Assembly: GCA_016930135.1 (NCBI GenBank) | Contig: JAFGHM010000083.1 | Span: 1 to 63,907, forward strand | Reading direction: 5' to 3' | Length of the DNA stretch: 63,907 nt | Origin: Thermoplasmatota archaeon | GTDB lineage: Archaea > Thermoplasmatota > Thermoplasmata > UBA10834 | Part shown: positions 44,493 to 54,017 of the stretch, piece after piece | Numbering within the stretch: the stretch's first letter is position 1 | Layout of the letters: the number at the start of each line of letters is the position of its first letter | The notes under the pieces: model-generated | The model's input: only the letters and a program-made list of their open reading frames with translations | The model's database searches: none | Told to the model about the DNA's origin: nothing | Translations under genes and position numbers: made by a program

Positions 44493-45428
44493 TCAACCTG
44501 ACGTGAAGACGTAGCTCTTCATCTTCGTGTCCGACAGCGTCAGCAGCACTCCCCTCAGGACTCCCTCGCCGTACTCGCTCCCCGGGTTCACACAGAAGGT
44601 CTTGCCAATCCACTGAGCGGCGCGCGACTCGTGTATGTGGCCGTGCAGACCGAGGAAGGGTTGGTATTTCTTGATCGCGTCCATGACCGCTTTGCTGCCG
44701 ACATGCTCGGTCTCGCCCGCAGACTGCCTCATGTCCCTGAGCTTGGGTGCATAGTCGAGCATCGACCCGTACGGCGGGTCGTGGAAGTTGAATATGGCCT
44801 TGGGCATGTTCTTGATCGTTGCAGCTAGTTTGTCTATGTTCGCCGCCAACTCGGGCTCTGGCCATTCCCTGGGCGTATCCCACGGTGTCGGCGATGAGTG
44901 GGCGACCGTGATCATCTCGTATCCTAGCACGTCGACATTCCTCATCACACAGGGCTTCATGACCTTGGATTCCTCGAGTATGTCGTCCATCTCGAGGGGG
45001 TCGTCGTTTCCGGGCGCCATGAAGATCGGCGCCTTGCAGTCCTTGAGCTTCTCATTTGCCAGGTCGACCCAGTGCTGAAGCCTCTCGTTGATGAGGCGGT
45101 GGAATATCTTCATGACCTCGTCCTGATCGGATCTCAGCCGATCGGCCTCTGCCCTGTCAGTCATGTAGGGGTAGAATCCTATGGCGTTTATCTTCTTCAG
45201 TTGCTCTTCGAGTTCGGTCTTGTTGTTCAGGTGTATGTCCTGCGCGAGGAAGTTGCAGTCGTAGCTCCCGTTGCCATTGTCGAACACCGGGACCACCATC
45301 TTGCCAGCAAGGTCTCCGAGCGCGATTGCGACATCTGCGTTGTATATCGAAACCGCGCTTATGAATTTCCTGAAACACAGCTCCGACCCGTGCAAATCAG
45401 TCACGAAAAACAGCCGTATCGGCCTCAA
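44493..45428 (-). CDS. calcineurin-like metallophosphoesterase
   Basis: 311 aa. FFVTDLHGS, ALGDLAG, APGNDDP and LHGHIHES motifs. It lies 43 nt upstream of the nucleotidyltransferase gene on the same strand. Confidence 0.8.
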   Translation of the reverse strand: MRPIRLFFVTDLHGSELCFRKFISAVSIYNADVAIALGDLAGKMVVPVFDNGNGSYDCNFLAQDIHLNNKTELEEQLKKINAIGFYPYMTDRAEADRLRSDQDEVMKIFHRLINERLQHWVDLANEKLKDCKAPIFMAPGNDDPLEMDDILEESKVMKPCVMRNVDVLGYEMITVAHSSPTPWDTPREWPEPELAANIDKLAATIKNMPKAIFNFHDPPYGSMLDYAPKLRDMRQSAGETEHVGSKAVMDAIKKYQPFLGLHGHIHESRAAQWIGKTFCVNPGSEYGEGVLRGVLLTLSDTKMKSYVFTSG

Positions 45429-45798
45429 GACCTGCCCCCTGAGCTTCTCCGCATTCTGAGCAGACGAGTATACAGAAGAACGCTATTTAACCATATTGTC
45501 CAGCGTCTGTGAGACAGCGGTTCCGCGGGTCTCTCGGGCAGACTCGTCGCCGCGCCTGCGAGCGCATTCGCGAAGGGCGAATTCACATCGTGATTTCGGT
45601 CGGCACGTGGAATTGCCACCAATTCTCCTCGGGCGGATGCATAACAGCATAAGGCTGTGCGTGCAACTGGAGAATGCAGGCAACCCAGCTTCCTCGTCGA
45701 TGCTGCCGCGCTTCCAGCAATCTTAATATCTCAAAGCGGCGGTAATGGAAGCGGGGAACTGTACAGGATTTCAGGTTTCTCGAAGGCGGAGGACTAGA

Positions 45799-47172
45799 AT
45801 GAATCTAGATCTACCAGAGTGGGTCGCCGACTGGGCGCGGGATGTTCCGAATATGAAGGTGCCGCCTCCTGGTCCGAAGAGCAAGGCAATAATCGACAAG
45901 GACCGTCAGTACGTATCGCATGCGTACGACAGGCTGTTCCAGTTCACTATGACCAGAGGCTCAGGGGCAGCGATAATGGATGCCGACGGCAATGTGTTTC
46001 TGGACTTCTCCGCTGGGATCTCGGTCGTGAACGCTGGCTGGGGGAATCCCGCAGTGGTCAAGGCAATCAAGGACCAAGCCGACCGTCTGGTCCATTCTCT
46101 TGCGAATGACGCGTACTATGATCTGGAGGCGGACTACGCCGAGTTGCTCGCGAAGATATCGCCGGGCGGCCAACTGGGATCCACGTTCTTCGGGAACAGC
46201 GGCGCGGAGGCCGTGGAGGCCGCATTCAAGCTCTCGAGATACTACACCAAAGGCTCGGAGCACATCGCATTCATGGGCGCGTACCACGGGCGGGTCGGAA
46301 ATGCCCTTGCAATGGCCAGCCGCATCAAGTACAAGTACGGCCACGGACCGTTCTCACCTGGTATCTACTTCGCTCCGTATCCCTACTGCTACAGATGCTG
46401 GTTCAACCAGGAGTATCCTTCCTGTAACATGCTCTGCATGGACTACCTCGAGAAGGGCATCTTGGAGTTCGGTGGTCCCAGCAACGATCTGGCATCGGTA
46501 TTCGTCGAGCCAATTCAAGGGGAAGGAGGTTACATCGTGCCACCGAAGGAGTTCCTCCCGCGCATGAGGAAGCTCTGCGACGACAGGAAGTGCCTGTTGG
46601 TGATGGATGAGATACAGTCGGGGCTCGCCAGGACTGGAGAGGTCTGGGAGTGCAATTCGGCCGGAGTCATACCTGACATACTCTTGACGGGGAAAGCCTC
46701 TGGTGGAGGCATCCCAATCGGCATGTGTATCGCTAAGCACAGCATCATGGACGTCTGGCGCCCAGGCTCGCACTCGTCAACGTTCGGAGGGAACGGCATG
46801 AGCGTCGCGGCTGGCTACGCACAAGTCAAGTACATTCTGGAGCACGACCTGATGTCCCGGTCGAGAGTTCTCGGAGAGCATGCTCTCAAGCGGCTGAACG
46901 AACTCAAGGACAGGTACGAGATCATAGGCGACGTGAGGGGCAAGGGACTGATGATCGGCGTAGAGATCGTGAAGAGCAAGAAGACGAAAGAGCCTCTCTA
47001 TGTCCCCCAGATCCAAGGACTTGCGTGGAGAAAGGGGCTCATGATGATCACCGCTGGCATGTTCGGGAATGTGTTCAGGATTGCGCCTCCGATAGTCATA
47101 TCGAAGGAACAGCTGGATCTTGGCATAGACATATTCGAGGAAGCGATCAAGGAAACGCAGGCCAAGATGTAG
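45799..47172 (+). CDS. class III PLP aminotransferase (GABA/ornithine aminotransferase-like)
   Basis: ATG at 45799. GNSGAEAVEAA, DEIQSGLARTG and TGKASGGG (PLP Lys) motifs. Confidence 0.85.
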   Translation: MNLDLPEWVADWARDVPNMKVPPPGPKSKAIIDKDRQYVSHAYDRLFQFTMTRGSGAAIMDADGNVFLDFSAGISVVNAGWGNPAVVKAIKDQADRLVHSLANDAYYDLEADYAELLAKISPGGQLGSTFFGNSGAEAVEAAFKLSRYYTKGSEHIAFMGAYHGRVGNALAMASRIKYKYGHGPFSPGIYFAPYPYCYRCWFNQEYPSCNMLCMDYLEKGILEFGGPSNDLASVFVEPIQGEGGYIVPPKEFLPRMRKLCDDRKCLLVMDEIQSGLARTGEVWECNSAGVIPDILLTGKASGGGIPIGMCIAKHSIMDVWRPGSHSSTFGGNGMSVAAGYAQVKYILEHDLMSRSRVLGEHALKRLNELKDRYEIIGDVRGKGLMIGVEIVKSKKTKEPLYVPQIQGLAWRKGLMMITAGMFGNVFRIAPPIVISKEQLDLGIDIFEEAIKETQAKM

Positions 47173-47254
47173 GCGCGCGATTCCTCCCGCGCATAATCTA
47201 TTAAACGGGGGATGCGATAGCGGATTTCCGTCCGACACATCAGGTGCGTGTTGA

Positions 47255-47953
47255 ATGGCCCTGCGCAAGAAGGTTGAAGAGGATCCTGAGACCACTCTCG
47301 CCAGATGCATCGTGCTACTGGACGATATCAGAGCATACCGCAGGAAGGATCCGGAGCAGATCGAAGCGCAGTTCGAGCCTTTGAAGAAGAGCCGTTTCAA
47401 GGACACCTACGACATGTGGGTCAAGGCACGGCCTGCAGCTGAGAAGATCGTCGACATGCCGATGAAGATCCCGGGAGCCAGGGAGACGATCAGACGGCTG
47501 GCTTGGCTGAAGGTGGCAAACAGGTTGTTCTTGATAGTCCTGATATTCTTCTTGGCGATACAGATCGTGCCCGTCTGGAGAAGGACCTTCGGAAGCGAGT
47601 TCCTGAGTGGCACCGGCCTGATTCTCGCGGGTGTCTTCGTGGCCCTGGTCGTCATCTCGATGAACATAGCGACGATCTGGGATTACAGGCTCCGCAAGAA
47701 GATCGTCGCATACGAGGCGGCCACGGCGGACGAGTACGCCTCTGCAAGAGACAAGATGAAGGAGTGCGTGAACAAGATGATGAAGAGCCTCGCACGCGAA
47801 ATGATCAGGACCAAGAAGGACCCGAACCACTATGGCCTGATTCTGTACTTCGATGACTACGACAACATAGAGGTGAAGGACAAGTGGAAGCCCAAGACCA
47901 TGTTCTTCTTCAAGAAGTCATACAACCACTACCAGGTCGTCCCCAAGCCCTAG
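47255..47953 (+). CDS. hypothetical membrane protein (two central TM helices)
   Basis: 232 aa. TM segments LFLIVLIFFLAIQIVPV and GLILAGVFVALVVISMNIA. No family recognised. Confidence 0.6.
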   Translation: MALRKKVEEDPETTLARCIVLLDDIRAYRRKDPEQIEAQFEPLKKSRFKDTYDMWVKARPAAEKIVDMPMKIPGARETIRRLAWLKVANRLFLIVLIFFLAIQIVPVWRRTFGSEFLSGTGLILAGVFVALVVISMNIATIWDYRLRKKIVAYEAATADEYASARDKMKECVNKMMKSLAREMIRTKKDPNHYGLILYFDDYDNIEVKDKWKPKTMFFFKKSYNHYQVVPKP

Positions 47954-48024
47954 CGAGGCCGCTGAGTCCGTAAGATTGAAAACAAGAAAGGTTTGCGGAA
48001 AGGGTTTGCTGCATCCCTGCCCCC

Positions 48025-49644
48025 TCACGCCGGAGGCAGTTCCTTCCAGGCCAGCTTGAGGTCGATGCCCTGCTTCTTCCAGTGGCGGATCCACAGGAAG
48101 TACCACAGGAGGCCGAATATCCATATCGAGATGTAGACGGCCGCGCCCCAGGTGGATATTGCCTCAAGCTCAGGTACCGTGAAGAAGTACCAGATCAAGA
48201 TGCCCACGAAGAGCAGATTGATCACGGAAGCTACGGTCAGTACGTAGATCGGACCTAACCTGAACTTGTATGGAGACGCCTCCCAGATAGTCCTGGCCCT
48301 CTTCACATAGGGGAACAGCAGCCCGGATATGGCCATCACACCCCAGGCAGACATCGCTTCGAGCGCCACTATGGCGACAGCGTCGATGGCCTCGGCCCAG
48401 TAGGCATAGATGAATATGCCTATCTCGCTCATGACGAGCATCACGAGGATGTTCTTCACAGGCGAGTGCCATCTCGGGCTGACATCCGTGAACCACATCG
48501 GCCCCAACCTGTCCATGCCCCACGCGAAAGCGGCACGGCTGAATGCGATGTATGATATGGGCATACACAGCACATTGAAGAATATGAACACCGAGCCTAT
48601 GCAGAACTGGGCGAACTTGCTTTCGGTCAGGAGCGATATCATGCTGTACGTGTTACTGCCGGTAGCCAGACCGAAGTTCGCTACCGCCTCGGAGGTCTCG
48701 GCATCGCCGTTGTCAATGTAGGCGATCGCTCCCAGGAAGTCCTGGTGCATGACATTCACGAGGCCCCACGAGAACCAGACAAGGAACACCATCGGTATGA
48801 TCGCCGCGAGCACCTGACCCAGGACGATGTTCCTCTGAGGACGCTTGACCTCACCGCATATGAATGTGATCTGGTAGCCGTACGCGGTAGCCCAGGCTAT
48901 CGCGGGGAACAACGCCAGTGTCGCTCCGAGATCCATTCCAGGCTTGGCCCCATCTGCTATGCCTACTCCCTCGTCTCTCACGGCCTCAATGGTCTCTGCG
49001 TACGTGAACGAGCCGTCGGCGTCAGCCTGTGCATCGTAGGCCGCCACGAAGTCCGCGTGGCTGCTGGCGGTGAGGATTATTCCCGTCACGATCAGCGTGA
49101 AGAACGCCAGTATCATGACGACTCTCTGGTTCCAGTTGTAGACCTTCAGCCCCATTATGACGATGAAGAACCCCCAGATGTTCACCAGGGAGCCGATCAC
49201 GACGATTCCCGTTGTCGACGCGCACCAGTCTATCGCCTCCTGGCTGGCCCCAATTGACCCGAGCAGCGAGGTCATTCCTGGATCGGCGCAGAACGGAGCC
49301 AGTGTCGCGATCCAGAAAGTCATCACAAAACCAGCATTCGTCATGGACATTGCGATTCCGACTGCAGGATGTATGATCCTCGAGTTGGCTATGTAGTCCC
49401 CGCCGCTCCTGGGCATGGAACCGCCCAGGAAGCCCCAGACGATAGCGATTCCGAATATGCACATCAGGGATGCCAGTATGGATCCCAGCATCATGTTCCC
49501 CTGCGGCGATATGAACAACCCCCAGCTGGCCATTGTCCATATGCCCACACCCAGCGTGTTGTTCATGAAGCCTATGCCAAATGTGTCGATGAGCGAGGCC
49601 TCGCGAACAAGTCCGCTGGCTTTCCTTGCGAAAACTTCTCCCAC
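48025..49644 (-). CDS. APC-superfamily amino acid/polyamine permease
   Basis: 539 aa with about 12 or more TM segments. N-terminus ARKASGLVREAS..GSMPRSGGDY is typical of the APC family. Confidence 0.8.
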   Translation of the reverse strand: MGEVFARKASGLVREASLIDTFGIGFMNNTLGVGIWTMASWGLFISPQGNMMLGSILASLMCIFGIAIVWGFLGGSMPRSGGDYIANSRIIHPAVGIAMSMTNAGFVMTFWIATLAPFCADPGMTSLLGSIGASQEAIDWCASTTGIVVIGSLVNIWGFFIVIMGLKVYNWNQRVVMILAFFTLIVTGIILTASSHADFVAAYDAQADADGSFTYAETIEAVRDEGVGIADGAKPGMDLGATLALFPAIAWATAYGYQITFICGEVKRPQRNIVLGQVLAAIIPMVFLVWFSWGLVNVMHQDFLGAIAYIDNGDAETSEAVANFGLATGSNTYSMISLLTESKFAQFCIGSVFIFFNVLCMPISYIAFSRAAFAWGMDRLGPMWFTDVSPRWHSPVKNILVMLVMSEIGIFIYAYWAEAIDAVAIVALEAMSAWGVMAISGLLFPYVKRARTIWEASPYKFRLGPIYVLTVASVINLLFVGILIWYFFTVPELEAISTWGAAVYISIWIFGLLWYFLWIRHWKKQGIDLKLAWKELPPA

Positions 49645-49971
49645 TGAGTTTCACCCCCACCTGTTCCCAAGAGGCGCCCTCTTGGAAAGACCTTGGTGTA
49701 TCGCATTTGATGATATATTAAGCTCATCTGCCGTTGCTGGCCGTTCGCATTCCATCTGAAACGAAGGCCATGCTCGGAGCACATCCTCAGTGTACGTTCG
49801 AACGATTTGCGAATAGGCTACTCAGACGGGGCTTTTTGTTGCCCCGACGGATGCGTGGGAAACACAAAGGTTGTGTTCTGCCATAGCTGTCCTAGCCCTG
49901 TCCTGACAAGGTTTCTCCCAGCTGCCATCGATGGCAGCCTTATCTATCAAGTAGGCGATTTGGTCAGCGCC

Positions 49972-51069
49972 ATGGAACGCCCTTTCAGAGAATCCGAGAA
50001 GCTGGTCATATTCGGGCTGACGCAGGACGCCAACCTGACCGACTCCTCACTCGCCAGGAGGTTCGGCATGAAGGAAAGCACCGTCTCGTCGATCCGGAGG
50101 CGTCTCATGGATTCCAGGAACATTTACTTCGCCAACGTCCCGTCGTTCCACAAGCTCGGGTGCGAGCTCATCGTGCAGCTCTACGGTTCCACCAACCCAG
50201 CGGTTCCGAAAGATGTCAAGGACGCTTCACACCTGGCCTATCTCGACGCGACCCCGGAGGTCTTCGACGCGGTCTCGGGCGAGAGCTTCATAATGATGAG
50301 CTGCTGCTTCAAGAGCTTCTCGGACTACGTGTCAGCCCTGGACAGGTACGACAGACACTTCACTGGCGCGCACGCGGCCGAGCGCGCAGATCTGAGGCCG
50401 GTATTCTTCCCTTTCTCGATATCGAAGGTCCGCTACAGTTACAACTTCTCACCGGGGCTGCACAGGGTATTCGGGCTCGACACGCCCAGACCAATCCCCA
50501 AGAGGCCTACGCACTTAGATGTCGAGGAGATCGAGCTGTCAGCTATCGAGAAGCGGACCCTCACAAATCTCTCAGAGTTCCCGCATGCGACAGATGCGCA
50601 GATAGCAGCGTGCATAGGGAAGTCCAGGCAGACCGCGACCAACGTGCGCAAGCGGCTGCAGCGGAAGGAGATGTTCACTAGGACCTGCATCCCGCTCCTG
50701 CTGACCTGGAACATCGACCTGATCGCCTATGTCCACTTGCGGTTCAGGGCGGACCTGGATCCGGAGACCAGGGATTCGCTTTCAAGACATGACTGGGTCA
50801 ATCTGTCCTGGTATACCCTCGAGCGCGAGTCCGAGGCGTATACCTCCTACCTTTTCAAGGACTACAAGGACTACGTTTCAGAGATGCAGAGGATGCTGAA
50901 GCCTCTGCTCGATAGCGATATGCTTCGAGGAGATCCTAGCGTCTCTCTCGTTTCGACCGCAGCTGCAAAGGAGCTCAGAGACTGCCACTTCGCCCCGGGA
51001 ATTAGGAAGCTCATCGGGATTGGCGGCGACGCGGACCTGCCCCGCAACTACCCCAGACTGGGCATGTAG
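49972..51069 (+). CDS. putative transcriptional regulator with two tandem winged-helix modules
   Basis: ATG at 49972 within ORF 49807..51069. Internal duplication: EKLVIFGLTQDANLTDSSLARRFGMKESTVSSIRRRL versus EKRTLTNLSEFPHATDAQIAACIGKSRQTATNVRKRL. Confidence 0.65.
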   Translation: MERPFRESEKLVIFGLTQDANLTDSSLARRFGMKESTVSSIRRRLMDSRNIYFANVPSFHKLGCELIVQLYGSTNPAVPKDVKDASHLAYLDATPEVFDAVSGESFIMMSCCFKSFSDYVSALDRYDRHFTGAHAAERADLRPVFFPFSISKVRYSYNFSPGLHRVFGLDTPRPIPKRPTHLDVEEIELSAIEKRTLTNLSEFPHATDAQIAACIGKSRQTATNVRKRLQRKEMFTRTCIPLLLTWNIDLIAYVHLRFRADLDPETRDSLSRHDWVNLSWYTLERESEAYTSYLFKDYKDYVSEMQRMLKPLLDSDMLRGDPSVSLVSTAAAKELRDCHFAPGIRKLIGIGGDADLPRNYPRLGM

Positions 51070-51133
51070 CCGCTCTCCGCACGGAAAAGCATAATCTATT
51101 CCTCGGGCCGATACGTCCCTGCTGGGATAGGCG

Positions 51134-51688
51134 ATGGATTCTAGGCCGGATCGCATGCGCTGGATGAGCGTGAACAACGCCATGACTAGGGATGTGATAC
51201 TCGTAAAGGAGTCCTCAAGAGTCAAGGACGCCTGGATCACCCTGATGGAGTCGGGGATATCGGGGGCGCCAGTGGTGGATGACACGGGCTCCCTCGTGGG
51301 CATACTGAGCGTAACAGACATCTTCCGGAGTATCATTGACAAGTTCCAGAAGGCCCGGTCGTTGCGAGAGGCGACTGCGACCACCCAGGATGCGGAAGCG
51401 GCTGAGAAGGAGGAGTTGCGCGAGCTGTCGTTGGCAATACGCGCCGTGTCGGAGAGCTCAGTCCAGGCCATCATCTCCAGGGACAAGAAGCTGCTCACCC
51501 TGTCCCCTGAGGATTCGTTCGAGAGGGCAATCCGCATGATGGCCGAGCACGGCGTCAACCGGCTCCCGGTGGTGAAAGGAAACCACGTCGTAGGAATACT
51601 GACCAGACAGGACATCATTTGGCATATCGGGGGCAGACCTGGGAAGTCGCAGGACCAGCGCTTCGCTCAGGAGCCGTCTTCAGGGTAG
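51134..51688 (+). CDS. CBS-pair domain protein with a charged insert
   Basis: 184 aa with two CBS repeats (GAPVVDDTGSLVGILSVTDI; RLPVVKGNHVVGILTRQDI). Confidence 0.85.
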   Translation: MDSRPDRMRWMSVNNAMTRDVILVKESSRVKDAWITLMESGISGAPVVDDTGSLVGILSVTDIFRSIIDKFQKARSLREATATTQDAEAAEKEELRELSLAIRAVSESSVQAIISRDKKLLTLSPEDSFERAIRMMAEHGVNRLPVVKGNHVVGILTRQDIIWHIGGRPGKSQDQRFAQEPSSG

Positions 51689-51705
51689 AAGAACAAGACC
51701 ACATT

Positions 51706-52467
51706 CTAGATGAGTATCGACAAGCATGTGATTGCCCCCTCACATTTCTCGAACTCGCTGACTTCCACGGGGATGACGGTGAAACCGGCGTCTCTCACAA
51801 GCTTGTGTGAGCTCAGCCTGCCCGCAGCCATCAGAACGACATCATCGATCGCCAGCGCGTCCGCCGCGTAGGCCTCGTCCTCTGGTATCCTGATCACTGT
51901 CATGCCCCTGAACGCGTCGCGCCTCGAGAACCGGTCAGACGCGACAATAGTGTCATTGCCGATGTATGTGGCGAAGCTCTTGAGATGGACAATCCCATGA
52001 TCCTCGATGGTGTCGACGGTCACACCGAGCCAATCGGACATCTGCTGCACGCCGCTCCTGTTGGTCCTCTGGGTGATTCCAGATACGAGCTTGTGCTCCA
52101 GGTGAATCACATCCCCGCCCTCTATCGTGGCAGGAGGCCTTGCGTAGGTCACTTCGAGGTAGCCCTCGAGCAGCTCGGCCACCGCTCCCACCTCGCCCCT
52201 CCTGCTCTCAATGGCAGGACGGCACATCAAGGCGCGGCCGCCGCGGACGACTGCAGTATCCTCGACGAAGCAGGAGTCTGCGTTGAGGTCGTCCCTAGGC
52301 ATCCTGATCACCTCAAGCCCCAGCTCTTCAAGGAGCTTGCAGTACGCCCCGTGCTGTTCCCTTGCCCTTTGGATGCTCACGGTTCGCTTCAGAGGATGGC
52401 AGGAGATGCACTCCGTGTACCGCGCGCCCGGTTCTCTGGTGATGGCGCGTCTCGGCTTGGATGGCAT
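51706..52467 (-). CDS. DDAH / amidinotransferase-superfamily guanidino-group hydrolase
   Basis: ATG at 52467 within ORF 51706..52599. Pentein-fold pattern with FVEDTAV, GGDV, HLKS and the C-terminal nucleophile context EGAITCLSI. Confidence 0.75.
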   Translation of the reverse strand: MPSKPRRAITREPGARYTECISCHPLKRTVSIQRAREQHGAYCKLLEELGLEVIRMPRDDLNADSCFVEDTAVVRGGRALMCRPAIESRRGEVGAVAELLEGYLEVTYARPPATIEGGDVIHLEHKLVSGITQRTNRSGVQQMSDWLGVTVDTIEDHGIVHLKSFATYIGNDTIVASDRFSRRDAFRGMTVIRIPEDEAYAADALAIDDVVLMAAGRLSSHKLVRDAGFTVIPVEVSEFEKCEGAITCLSILI

Positions 52468-52632
52468 CGTTTCACTTCGAAGGCTTAGAAACGGTGATTC
52501 CGTCAGTGGTAGATTAAGCTTCAGTGCCGAGCTCGCGAACCAACGACTGGTTCGTGCGCTCCTGCCATGCGGGCATGTTTTCTTGTATCCGGTGTGCATT
52601 CCTTGTTTCGGCTCTCAAGAGGTGAGCCTCGC

Positions 52633-53985
52633 ATGGTTGAGATGGACAGGTCCAGGATCAAGGAGCTGATGCAGGCGGAGACGAAGCGGTTCCTCAGGAA
52701 TCACAAGAGGTCAAAGGCGCTCTTCGAGAGAGCCAGGAAATCGCTGCTCGCAGGTGTGCCCATGAACTGGATGGTGCGCTGGGCAGGACCGTACCCTGTG
52801 TTCGTGAAAGAAGGCCGCGGGACCTACGTGACGGACGTGGACGGCAACGAGTACCTGGACCTGTGTCTTGGCGATACTGGCTCGATGTTCGGCCACTCCC
52901 CCAAGGCCGTTGTCGACTCCGTCCGGAGGCAGGTGGCGAAGGGCATCACGATGATGTTGCCGACTGAGGACTCCGTGTGGGTCGGGGAGGAGCTTTCGAG
53001 GAGGTTCGGATTGCCGTACTGGCAGGTGGCTATGACAGCGACGGACGCCAACAGGTTCGTCATAAGGCTCGCGCGGGAGGTCACCAAAAGGAGCAAGATC
53101 ATGGTGGTGAACGGCTGCTATCACGGCACTGTCGATGAGACTCTCATCGTCCTCGAAAAGGGCAGAGTGTTGCCCAGGAGTGGCAACATAGGTCCGCCAG
53201 TGGACCCGTCTGTCACCACCAAGGCGATAGAGTTCAACGACATTGACGCGCTCGAGGAGGCGCTGTCCCCTGGCGACGTGGCCTGCGCGCTGATGGAACC
53301 CGCCATGACCAATAGGGGCATAATCCTCCCGGACCCAGGATATCACGAAGCGCTCAGGAAGCTGACGAAGAAGCACGGGACCCTTCTCGTGATCGACGAG
53401 ACTCATACGATCTGTTGTGGCATAGGCGGATACACACGTGAACACCACCTGAAACCGGACATGATCACCATGGGCAAGCCGCTGGCCAGCGGAGTCCCGG
53501 TCGCCGCGTTCGGCATCAGCCAGTATGTTGCGGACCGCATCATGGAGCGCATCCTGTCCGATGGCACTGATGAGAGCGGGCTCGGCGGCACGCTCACCGG
53601 GAACGCGCTCGCCGTCGCGGCCATGCGTGCCACCCTCGAGAAGGTGATAACCGAACGCAACTTCGCGAAGATGCTGCCCCTGGCAGAGAGGTTCGAGAAG
53701 GGGGTTCGGGACGTCATTGAGGAGGTTGGCATGCCTTGGCATGTCGTTCGCCTGGGCGTGCGCATAGAGTACCACAACACCCCCAATCCTCCCAGGAACG
53801 GCGGCGAGTACGATGCATCAAAGGACCACGAACTCGAGAAGCTCATGCATCTGATGGCCCTCAATCGTGGCATCTTGCTGACGCCTTTCCACAACATGGC
53901 GCTCATCTCACCTTCGACGACTGCAAGAGATGTCGACTTCCACACGTCCGTCTTCAGGGAGAGCGTGAAGGCGCTCGTCGACTGA
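52633..53985 (+). CDS. class III PLP aminotransferase, glutamate-1-semialdehyde aminomutase-like paralogue
   Basis: ATG at 52633. ATDANRFVIRLAR, VIDETHT and TMGKPLASG (PLP Lys) motifs. Confidence 0.8.
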   Translation: MVEMDRSRIKELMQAETKRFLRNHKRSKALFERARKSLLAGVPMNWMVRWAGPYPVFVKEGRGTYVTDVDGNEYLDLCLGDTGSMFGHSPKAVVDSVRRQVAKGITMMLPTEDSVWVGEELSRRFGLPYWQVAMTATDANRFVIRLAREVTKRSKIMVVNGCYHGTVDETLIVLEKGRVLPRSGNIGPPVDPSVTTKAIEFNDIDALEEALSPGDVACALMEPAMTNRGIILPDPGYHEALRKLTKKHGTLLVIDETHTICCGIGGYTREHHLKPDMITMGKPLASGVPVAAFGISQYVADRIMERILSDGTDESGLGGTLTGNALAVAAMRATLEKVITERNFAKMLPLAERFEKGVRDVIEEVGMPWHVVRLGVRIEYHNTPNPPRNGGEYDASKDHELEKLMHLMALNRGILLTPFHNMALISPSTTARDVDFHTSVFRESVKALVD

Positions 53986-54017
53986 CGCCAGGGGACTTCG
54001 TTTGGGAGGGTAGGAGC

